NCBI RefSeq assembly: GCF_036365525.1
Contig: NW_027140825.1
Location: forward strand, 1,426,001 to 1,490,000
DNA length: 64,000 bases
Direction of reading: 5' to 3'
Origin: Heterodontus francisci
Lineage: Eukaryota
In this document: one piece after another, positions 45,201 through 54,915 of the stretch
Position numbering within the stretch: the first letter of the stretch is position 1
Layout: every line of letters begins with the position of its first letter
Notes under the pieces: generated by a model
Told to the model about the DNA's origin: nothing
The model's input: the letters and a program-made list of their open reading frames with translations, nothing else
The model's database searches: none
Program-made: the position numbers and the translations under genes

Positions 45201-48200
45201 TGGAATCAAAGACTGGTTACGGCACAGAAAGTTTCTGTTCAGCCCATCTTCACTGAGCCAGCTCTCTGGCAGTGCAACTCACCTACTCCCACTCCTGCCA
45301 TTTTCCTGTCGCCCTGCAGATTTTTTCTGCCATGACAATTATCCAATTCCCTTTTGAAAGCCTCAATTAAACCTGCCTCCAGCACACTCTCATGCAGTGC
45401 ATTTCAGATCCTAACCACTCGCTGTGTGAAAAGGTTTCCCTGCCTCTGTTGTGACTTTTACCACTCACCTAAATGCGTTGCTCTCTAGTTCTGGATCCTC
45501 CCACCAAGAGGAACAGTTTTTCCCTGACTACTCTGTCCAGTTCCCTCTTGATTATGAACATCTTGCTCAAATCTCGTCTTAATCGTCTCTTCTCCACGGA
45601 GAACAGCCCCAGCTTCTCCGATCTATTCATGTCACTGACGTCCCTCATCCCGGGAACCATTCTGGTAAATCTTCTCTGCACCCTCTCGAATACCTTAACA
45701 TCCTTCCTAAGTATTGACCGCTCTCTCGACCTGTCTTGCCACCTTCAATGATTTGTGCACATGTCCCCCCAGGTCCCTCTGCCCCTGCACCTCCTTTAGA
45801 ATTGTAGCCTTTATTTTATATTGCCTCTCGTTCGTCCGACCAAAATGAATCACTTCACAATTCTCTGTGATAAATTTCATTTGCCAGTGTCTGCCCATCC
45901 CACCAGCCTGTCTATGACCTCCTGACGTCTATCACTGTCCTCCTCACAGTTCACAATACAACCAGGTTTTGTGTCATCTGCAGAATTTGAAAGTGTGCCC
46001 TGTACGCCCCAGTCTATGTCATTAATATATACATCAGGAAAAACAGTGGTCTGAGCAATATTAGAGAGCAAAGCACAGATGCACAGAGAATTAGGAGGGA
46101 CAGATAACACTGGAGTCGATAAGAGTATCGTATTAGACGGGGGCAGTGGAAGAGGAAAGGAGATAAGCTGTAAATTCAGTTTAATGTGTGTGTATATGGA
46201 TGCACGGAGAGTGGTAAATAAGGTTGTTGAGCTTCAGGCGCAGATAGCCACGTGGAAATATGATGTTGTGGCAATAACAGGGTCCTGGCTCTAAGTGGGG
46301 CAGGACTGGGTAGTGAATATTCCTGACTACAAGGTGTTCAGGAAAGAGAGGGGAGGAAGGAAAGGAGGAGGGGTATCAGTATTGATTAAGGGGAACATTG
46401 CAGTGCTGTTTTCTTTTCTCTCTCTTGTTCTCACTCATTCCAGATCTCCCTTACTCTTTTCTGTCTCACTCCTGTCGCCTTCCCTCCTTTTCTCTCATTC
46501 CTGCTCTCTGTTGTTCTCTGACACCACTTTCCCCCTGTCGTTTCGCTGATCACTTTGATAATCTCCTGAATTTTCTCTGTTAGTTTTTTTTCCTTGTCGG
46601 AGTCGTAACTGATTCTGCAGCCGATGATGTCTGGTGTCTCCCCTCGGTAAAGGCTGGTATACATTGATTCAGTGTGTCGAGGGAGTTAGATTACATACGA
46701 GAGGAGGTTCTGTGTTAAAACACTTCTGTCCACTCATCCAGCGTTCTGAATCCCAGTGAAATTCCTCTTGTCTTTATTTGATCCTCTCAGACTCGGGGAT
46801 TCCGTCTACTCCCGAGGAACCTCCCGACTCCCAGCCTGTTTCTGATGATGGTGGGAACATTTCAGATTCTCCACATTTCAGGAATATTAAATCCCTCCTC
46901 CTGTCTCAGTCTGGCACAAATATATCAGGACCGAGGGCCTCCAAACAGCTGTGTGATCGTTCTGTGTAGGGAAACCCATCGTTCTCACTCTCTCTCTCTG
47001 CCTTGTCTGTGCTGTCAGACAAGAGTTGCAGTCGCTTGTGTTCAGTCTGAGTGGAATCATTGGGAAACACAGAAACGTAAACGTTCAGAAATTCCTTCAG
47101 AAATATCTTTGAGCTTCTATCTCACATCCCTCTCTCTCTCTTACTCTCAGTTTTATCTCTGTCTCTCCTTTATCTGCCTTTCACACGCATATATAAATAT
47201 ATTTCATTTCTGTAACCGCCTCTCTCCGATGCGGGTCTCAGTTTCTCCAGCTCCCTCTTTCGCCTCACTCTGTCTCCCACTCTCTCTGATGTTCTGTCTC
47301 CCTGTCTGTCTCTCTGACTCTCACTTTCTCTCTCTGTCTCTCTCACAGATGCTCTTTGTCTGTCTCTCTGTCTTTGTCTTTGTCAGAGGGACAGAGAGCA
47401 TCAGAGAGAGAGAGAGAGAGTGAGAGTGAGAGACAGAGACAGAGAAAAGGGCAGTGAGACCGGAGTAAACACGGAATGCAAATGATCTCGGGAGATGGAA
47501 CAAGAGGCAACGGAGAAGAGAGTGCAGGATAGAGGATGATAACACAGGGAGGGCAGATTAGAGACAAGACGAGTTGAGATAGAGAGAATAACAGAGACAG
47601 ATGAACAAACGAGTGGATGACAAACTGGAGGAAAGAGAGTTTAAATTAGAGAGGCGAGATCATTCGAAATACGTCCCGTGCCCTGTGCTAAACTCTGGGT
47701 GTGTTCAACCTGTTGATGTTGTGACTGTTGTGTTTAGATACCAAATACAAGAGGATTAATGTGAAGATCACTTCAATGACTGATCTGGATGATGAAACTG
47801 CAAAGAGAATCGTTGTGGAGAGGGTAAGAGACTGCACTGTACTGAGGAGAAACACGGGAGACAACAGATCCTCCCTCTCACTGTCTGTATTCACTGAATG
47901 GGAACTCCAGGTCATTATTTAAACAGCTCTAATTCCCCTCTGCTTATCTTCTGGTCCCCCAGATCAGGCTTGTGAGGGGTTGAATGGGCTTCCTCCTGAG
48001 CCTGTGTGAAAGGCTCGAGAGCGGGTGAGGGGGCTGAATGGCCTTCTCCTGTTCCTGTGTAAGAACTCGAAAGAGGGGCTCAATGGCCTCCTCCTGTTCC
48101 TGTGTAACAGATTCGAGGGGATGAATGGCTTCCTCGTTGTACGGTAACCTCTCTCTGATCTTCCCTCTCACTCTCCCCATTCTCTCTTTATGTCCTTTCT

Positions 48201-48622
48201 ATCTCTGTCTCTTTCTCTGCCTCGCTCACCCACTCTGTATTTCTCTTTCTTTGTCTTTCTTTCTGTCTGTGTCTGTCTCTCCCTCACTGCATCTCTGACG
48301 ACCTCTCGCTCTCACGCCATCTGTTTCTCTACCTCTGTCTCAATCCCTGTAGCTCTCCCACCCTCCCTCTCCATCTCTCCCTCTATCTGAGTATCTTTGC
48401 CTCACCCTGTCTCTCACTGTCTTGTCCCCACCCTTTCTCCCGATCTCTGTCTGTATCCTCTCTGTCTCTTTCTATTCACTCCTCCCCTTGCAGTAATACT
48501 CATCGTTTCTCCTCTCTGCGATGCAGATGAAGCAGATGTTCCAGGATCAGTGTCCACACACGAAGCTCGAATTGGATCCAGAAGACGTTCAGTGCTCGGC
48601 TAGTGCGCCTGTGGAAGTGTGA
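18184..48622 (+). CDS. Secreted uromodulin/GP2/OIT3-like protein: signal peptide, 2 x D8C (D10C), mucin-like stalk, C-terminal module; no ZP domain; about 570 aa
   Basis: Exons with GT-AG boundaries and compatible phases: 18184-18217, 20148-20292, 20445-20521, 20616-20780, 23781-23925, 24078-24154, 24249-24410, 24809-24904, 25613-25702, 27996-28091, 30718-30813, 35099-35194, 39821-39916, 41431-41526, 46791-46850, 47738-47823, 48527-48622. Total 1713 nt with an open frame if the stop-bearing exon at 33467-33562 is skipped. Confidence 0.78.
18270..19760. mobile_element. L2 LINE fragments (minus strand about 18270-19140, plus-strand 3' end about 19140-19760)
   Basis: LILLELSAAFDTIHH RT motif; L2 tail ctggctccc...ttaaaacctacctctttgac. 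Confidence 0.7.
20148..20780 (+). CDS. D8C/D10C domain 1 (three exons)
   Basis: DPCVNHTVLDQPWRSIDCNETECSGQVKCDQNLAQGWYRFKS / SGGWKIPDTVVPDSHCSTRASGWLQG / SHPSVGNGEVTRTVCFNKAGNRCHKTQEIKIENCSSYFVYELKPPPDCEAVYCT; matches the UMOD/GP2 D8C pattern (DPC, GWYRF, WL.G.HP, YVY.L, YCT). Confidence 0.92.
21060..22320 (-). mobile_element. CR1-clade LINE fragment (end of endonuclease to start of RT)
   Basis: PTRGENILDVILTN..SDH; GPDNI..NYRPISLLSIISKMME..QFGFR. Confidence 0.85.
23781..24410 (+). CDS. D8C/D10C domain 2 (three exons)
   Basis: DPCVNHTVLDQPWRSSDCDDTRCSSQVKCDDGLHFGWYRFKS / SGGWKIPETAVPHHHCSTHVTSWLQG / SHPSVGEGEVTRTVCLYWGSNHCDKVHEIKIKNCSSYFVYELKSLFHFAAYCT; duplicate of 20115-20945 including introns. 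Confidence 0.9.
24809..41526 (+). CDS. Array of symmetric phase 1-1 mucin-like exons (96 bp; consensus EPVTSQTQESEEQSTRESTEVSSSTPAGSGSS)
   Basis: Copies at 24809, 25613 (90 bp), 27996, 30718, 33467 (internal TAG), 35099, 39821 and 41431, each with a pyrimidine tract, cag acceptor and g|gt donor. Confidence 0.82.
25930..26625 (+). mobile_element. CR1 LINE 3' end
   Basis: FSLEQRRLRGDLIEVYKI...FTLRVVGIWNTL and 3' tail. Confidence 0.85.
28125..29620. mobile_element. CR1 debris in the exon-repeat unit (minus-strand 3' end plus plus-strand endonuclease fragment); repeated at 30850-32580 and 45200-46400, truncated in the other units
   Basis: LEKMGLFSLEKRRLREDLIEVFKI (minus strand); KYAVVAITESW..DWVVNIPDYKVFRK..GGG (plus strand). 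Confidence 0.8.
45085..45166 (+). pseudogene. Dead copy of the mucin exon
   Basis: 5' end and acceptor replaced by satellite; last codon TCA changed to TAA. Confidence 0.75.
46791..48622 (+). CDS. 3' exons of the D8C gene (linker and C-terminal module)
   Basis: DSGIPSTPEEPPDSQPVSDD / DTKYKRINVKITSMTDLDDETAKRIVVER / MKQMFQDQCPHTKLELDPEDVQCSASAPVEV*; phases 1-1, 1-0 and 0-stop are consistent. Confidence 0.68.
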
Positions 48623-49269
48623 AGGAGTTTGGACATGTCAACAAGCATCCAACACGTGTGATCCAGTCTCTGTGTGTTTTGCATCCTCACTCAATCACTG
48701 TGCCATCTTATCTTCACCTTGTTTAACTCAAGGAAATTGTCAGCAAAGGGTTAATCTCCGACTAGAAGTATGCTAATGTTATACTGTAATTGGTGTGTCT
48801 TTATACTGCAGGGGTGTGGGAGCTTTAAGCTATTGCTTTGTTAAATAGAGAAGTACGATCCCATTTGTATCCAGTGACCACTGGTCAGCTGAACCCAGAC
48901 TAACCTGACAGCTCTGGCCAGTTACAGGATGAAGTGATCTCAGGTTTAATGAGGGAGTTTCTTTAAAGATCTACCATTGAGTAGAGGTCCCTAAGCTTCA
49001 TGGAGCTGTCAGCACTGAGAATTGGGGCAAGGAAAACAGTTCGTCCTTGTCCAAGGAGAACCTCAGGGTAGATAACATCTTTTAAATTGAGGGTTCATGC
49101 AGAATGGGGGATCGGTTGATGCTGAACTTTGCAGAATCAAAATATATTGAAAAGGAAAGCTTTCATTGAGTACAAAGCATTTATGTGTGGCATATGTCAA
49201 ATGTTTAATAACAAAGGAAGGGAGTTATACTGAGCTCAGGAACCTAATGCTGACAACACTCCATCTCAA

Positions 49270-49745
49270 TAACACCTCTGTGAACGCTTCCATTGTCTCT
49301 GCTCTGCCACACTGCTTGTCTAACATCCAATACTGGATGAGCAGATATTTTCTCCTACTAAATATTGGGAAGACTGAAGCCATTGTCTGTGATCCTCGAC
49401 ACAAATGTCATTCTTGGACCACCGACACCATCTCTGGTACCTGTCTGAAACTGATCAAGACAGTTTTTAGCCTTTGTTGTTGTGTTTGACCCCGAGATGA
49501 GTTTCCGACCACATATCCACACCATCACCAAGACTGTCCATTTCCACCTCCATACCATCTCTCGACTCCGACCCTGCCTCAGCTCATCTGCTGCTGAAAC
49601 ACTAATCCGTGTCTCTGTTACCTCGAGCCTGGACTATTCCAATGCTCTCCTGGCCAAGCTCACATCTTTCACACTTCCTGATCTTATCCTCATACAAACA
49701 TTTGCTGTGTCTTAACTCACTCAGAACCTTGTTCACCCATCCCCC
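49270..49745 (+). mobile_element. L2 LINE fragment
   Basis: CLSNIQYWMS..LLLNIGKTEAI; SSLDYSNALL. Confidence 0.75.
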
Positions 49746-50384
49746 TGAAATGATTGTCATTCAGTGACTCCCAGCTACTCTCCAATTTCCCAATATTAAC
49801 ATCCAGATCAGTCAGTTGAACTGTTGTGAAATGACTCATTGGTCACAACTCTCTAGTGTAACGATGTAAAACGTCTGCAATAAGTGAACATGGCTGCGTA
49901 TCTTCCATTGATGGACATTCAGACAAGGAGAGCTGCAGCTTGGAAAGGGCTTTTAACGTGTTTGACTCCCTGACCACCCAGTGTGATTGTAAATCTGATT
50001 GTAAACTGTGTGTTTAAAGTTTTATTGCATTCTCTGTCTGCTCAATATATCTATGAACGCTAAACCTGACCGTCTCAAGAAGATTATTGATGTTGCTGGA
50101 ATGACTTTCCCATCTGATCATGGAAATCCAATGTTTTCTTGTTCTGGGAGGGAACACGCACTGTTAAATGATTGCTGAGGGCTGGGATCAGAAGGGATGT
50201 GACTGTACGTAGTGGGTCTGCCCAGCATTCGCCAAACCTCATGCTGCTCCATTCTATTCTGGTCTGTGCTTCCACCCTGGATAATCCAGCTCACTTGAGG
50301 ACTCACAGAGGAAAATGAGAAATCCTGGCAACAGGAGTGGACCATTCGGCCCATTCGAGCTTGCTGTTGACGTGATGAACCTGG

Positions 50385-53300
50385 CCCTTCAAAAGCCATT
50401 TGATACAGTTCCACACAACAGACTTGTGAGCAAACATGTAGTTCATTGAATAAAAGGGATGGTAACAACATGCATATAAAATTGGCTGAGTGACAAAAAA
50501 ACTGAGAATAGTGATTAATGGATGTTTTCGGGCTGGAAGAAGGTTTGTGGTGGAGTTCGCCAGGGATCAGTGGTGGGACCCTGGCATTTCCTGATATATA
50601 TTAATGTCCTAGACCTCGGTGTACAGGGCACAACTTCAAAATTTGCAAATGATACGAAACCTGGAAGCATTGTGAAGTGTGAGGTGGATAGCGTAAAACT
50701 TCAAAAGGACAGAGACAAATTGGTGGAATGGGCGGACAAGTGACAGATGAGGTTCAATGTGAGGAAATGTGAAGTGATTAATTTTGCAAGGAAGACCATG
50801 GAGAGACAATATAGAATAGAGGTTACGATTCTAAAGAGGGTGCAGGAGCAGAAAGACCTGGATGCATTTGTGCATAAGTCATTGAAGGTGGCAGGACAGG
50901 TTGAGAGAGTGGTTCATAAAGTATACAGTATCCTGGGCTTTATTAATAGTGGCACAGATTATAAGAGCAACGAAGTTATTTTGAACTTGTGCAAGGCACT
51001 AGTTCGTCCTCAGCTGGAGTATTGCCTCCAGTTTTGGGTGCTGCACTTGAGAAAAGATGTGAGGGCATTGGAGAGAGTACAGACGAGATTCACAAGAATG
51101 GTTCCAGGGATGAGGAATTTCAGTTATGAAGATAGATTCGAGAAGTTAGGGCTGTTTTCCTTGGAGAAGAGAAGGCAGAGAGGTGATTTGAGAGAGATAT
51201 TCAAAATCATGAGGGGTCTGGACAGAGTAGATAGAGAGAAACTGTTCCCACTCGTGAAAGGATCAAGACCAGGGCGCACAGTGATGCAGTGGTTAGCACT
51301 GCAGCCTCACAGCTCCAGCGACCCGGGTTCGATTCTGGGTACTGCCTGTGCGGAGTTTGCAAGTTCTCCCTGTGACCGTGTGGGTTTCTGCTGGCTGCTC
51401 TGTTTTCCTCCCACAGCAATGACTTGCAGGTTGATAGGTAAATTGGCCATTGGAAATTGCCCCGAGTGTAGGTCGGTGATAGGGAGTATGCAGGGTTAGT
51501 CTTAATGGGTTGTTGTCATGGACTGCGACACCGACCAGCCCCTGGTGTGCAGCAAGGTTGGACTCAAACCAAAGAAGCTGCATCACTCCAAGCAGAAGGG
51601 CTGCCCGCGCATCACACTGGCAGAATTTCTCATCCACAGCGGTTACATAAGTTTCTAAATTCACTTGAAAAAGCCCTTCAAAACACTCCCACAGGGGATG
51701 CAGAGACCAAAAGGGTCCACATCAGAGACGCCATCTATGACTCAGCAATGACCACCTATGGCAAATGTGTGAAGCGGAATGCAGGCTGGTTTCAATCTCA
51801 CATTGAAGAGCTGGAACCTGTCATAGCCACTAAGCGCATTACACTGCTGAACTCCAAGAAAGCCCCCAGCGAGTTAACATCCGCAGCACTTAAAGCAGCC
51901 AGAAGCACTGCGCAAATGACTACTGGCAACACCTATGCAGTCATATTCAGCTGGCCTCCGACACTGGAAATATCAGAGGAATGTATGATGGCATGAAGAG
52001 AACTTTTGGGCCAACCATCAAGAAGATCACCCCTCTCAAATCTGAATCAGGGGACACAATTACTGACCAAAGCAAGCAAATGGACCGCTGGGTGGAACAC
52101 TACCTAGAACTGTACTCCAGGGAAAATGTTGTCACTGATACCACCCTCAATGCAGCCCAGTCTCTGCCAGTCATGGATGAGCTGGACGTACAGCTAACAA
52201 AATCGGAACTTGGTGATGCCATTGATTCTCTCGCCAGTGGAAAAGCCCCTGGGAAAGGATAGCATTACCCCTGAAATAGTCAAGAGTGCCAAGCCTGCTA
52301 TACTGTCAGCACTGAACGAAGTGCTTTGCCTGTGCTGGGACGAGGGAGCAGTACCACAGGACATGCGCGATGCCAATATCATCACCCTCTATATGAACAA
52401 GGGTGACCACGGTGACTGCAACAACTACCGTGGAATCTCTCTGCTCAGCATAGCAGGGAAAGTCTTCGCTCGAGTCGAATTAAACATGCTCCAGAAGCTG
52501 GCTGAGCATGTCTACCCTGAGGCACAGTGAGGCTTTCGAGCAGAGAGATCTACTATTGACATGCTGTTCTCCCTTCGCCAGCTACAGGAGAAATGCTGTG
52601 AACAACAGATGTCCCTCTACATTTCTTTCATTGATCTCACCAAAGCCTTTGACCTCGTCAGCAGACGTGGTCTCTTCAGACTACTAGAAAAGATTGGATG
52701 TCCACCAAAGCTACTAAGTATCATCACCTCATTCCATGACAATATGAAAGGCACAATTCAGCACAGCGGCGCCTCATCAGACCCCTTTCCTATCCTGAGT
52801 GGCGTGAAACAGGGCTGTGTTCTCGCACCTACACTGTTTGGGATCTTCTTCTCCCTGCTGCTCACACATGCGTTCAAGTCTTCAGAAGAAGGAACTTTCC
52901 TCCACACAAGATCAGGGGGCAGGTTGTTCAACCTTGCCCGTCTAAGACCGAAGACCAAAGTACGGAAAGTCCTCATCAGGGAACTCCTCTTTGCTGACGA
53001 TGCAGCATTAACATCTCACACTGAAGAGTGTCTGCAGAGACACATCGACAGGATTGCGGCTGCCTGCAACGAATTTGACCTCACCATCATCCTCAAGAAA
53101 ACGAGCATCATGGGACAGGATGTCAGAAATGTTCCATCCATCAATATCGGCGACCACGCTTTGGAAGTGCTTCAAGAGTTCACCGACCTAGGCTCAACTA
53201 TCACCATTAACCTGTCTCTCGATGCAGAAATCAACAAGCGCATGGGAAAGGCTTCCGCTGCTATGCCCAGACCGGCCAAGAGGGTGTGGGAAAATGGCGC

Positions 53301-54310
53301 ACTGACACAGAACACAAAAGTCCAAGTGTATCATGCCTGTGTCCTCAGTACCTTCCTGCATGGCAGCAAGGCCTGGACAACGTATGTCAGCCAAGAGCGA
53401 CGCCTCAATTCATTCCATCTTCACTGCCTCCGGAGAATGCTTGGCATCAGGACCGTATCTCCAACACAGACGTTCTCGAGACGACCAACATCCCCAGCAT
53501 ATAAGCCAGCGGAGCATCAGATGGCTTGGCCATGTGAGCCGCATGGAAGATGGCAGGATCCCCAAGGACACATTGTACAGCGAGCTCGTCACTGGTATCA
53601 GACCCACCAGATGTCCATGTCTCCACTTTAAAGACGTCTGCAAATGCGACATGAAGTCCTGTGACATTGATCACAAGTCGTGGGAGTCAGTTGCCAGCGA
53701 TCGCCAGAGCTGGCAGACAACCATAAAGGTGGGTCTGAAGAGTGGCGAGTTGGAGAGACTTAGCAGTTGGCAGGAAAAAAGACAGAAGCGCAAGGAGAGA
53801 GCCAACTGTGTAACAGCCCCGACAACCAATTTTATATGTAGCACCTGTGGAAGAGTCTGTTACTCTAGAATTGGCCTTTATAGCCACTCCAGGCGCTGTT
53901 CCACAAACCACTGACCACCTTCAGGCGCTTACCCATTGTCTTCGAGACAAGGAGGCCAAAGAAGAAGTTCGGCATGACTGGGTGGGCCGAAGGGTCTGTT
54001 TCAATGCTGTATCTCTAATAAATATTAAACGAGAGGACACAGATTTACAATATTTGGTAAGAGAAGCAAAAGTGACATGAGGAAAGACTTTTCACACAGC
54101 GAGTCTGGAATGCGCTACCTGAGAACGTGGTGGAGGCAGGTTCAATTGAAGCATTCAAAAGGGAATTAGACAGTTATATGAAAAGGAAGAATGTGCATGG
54201 TGAAAGGAGGAAGCCGGGGGAATGGACCTGAAGAAGTTGCTCTTTCAGAGAGCCAGTGGACATGATGGGCTGAATGGCCTCCTTCTGCATTATCACAATT
54301 CTATGATTGT
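50385..54310 (+). mobile_element. CR1 LINE (50385-51271 and 54031-54310) interrupted by a SINE (51272-51518 and 53967-54030)
   Basis: RT motifs QGSVVGP, FAND and LVRPQLEYC; CR1 sequence resumes in register after the insert. Confidence 0.85.
51519..53966 (+). mobile_element. RTE-clade LINE, 5'-truncated and frameshifted
   Basis: FIDLTKAFD, GVKQGCVLAPTLF, LLFADD, C-terminal CxxC..HxxxC finger, (gaa)n tail. Confidence 0.92.
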
Positions 54311-54689
54311 TATGAGGAAAGGTTGAAGAGTTTGGCCAAATCGACTCAACTCAAAGGTTGAGTCTGTGGAACTCGGTTCCCCGGAGAGCATCGGAGGCTG
54401 GGCCATTGAATATATTCAAGCTTGAGTTGGACAGATTTTTGATCTACAAGGGAGTCAGGGTTATAGGGGGAAGACAGGAAAGTGGAGTTAAAGCTACAAT
54501 CAGATCAGCCATGATCTTATAGAATGGCTGAGCAGGCTCGAGGGGCCAACAAACACGCAATGATATCAGTTCAACTCCTGTTGAGTTAATTGCTGATATC
54601 AGGAATGGCTCTGTCACTGAACCCCCTCACTGTTCATACACAGAGCAGACTTCTCAACCTCTGCTTATAGGATAATCCCCACATATCCC

Positions 54690-54915
54690 TTCCACTGTTT
54701 GCAACAGGCAAGGTACGGGCCGTATCTCACCAGCCCATGCTTGCAAAACTAAATACACAGTTTCCAACATGAGATGTGATTCTGCAAATGGACAACATTT
54801 GCTAAATAATCATGTGCTAAGAATTACACTGACAAAAAAATTTAAAATTGGCATTCTTGCGGATTGTCCTGGTGAGTGCAAGATGAAGAGCTTTGACAAC
54901 ATGTCGCTATTTTCG
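54690..54915 (+). mobile_element. Penelope-like element fragment
   Basis: RCDSANGQHLLNN GIY-YIG-like peptide and cctggtgagtgcaagatgaagagc terminus. Confidence 0.55.
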
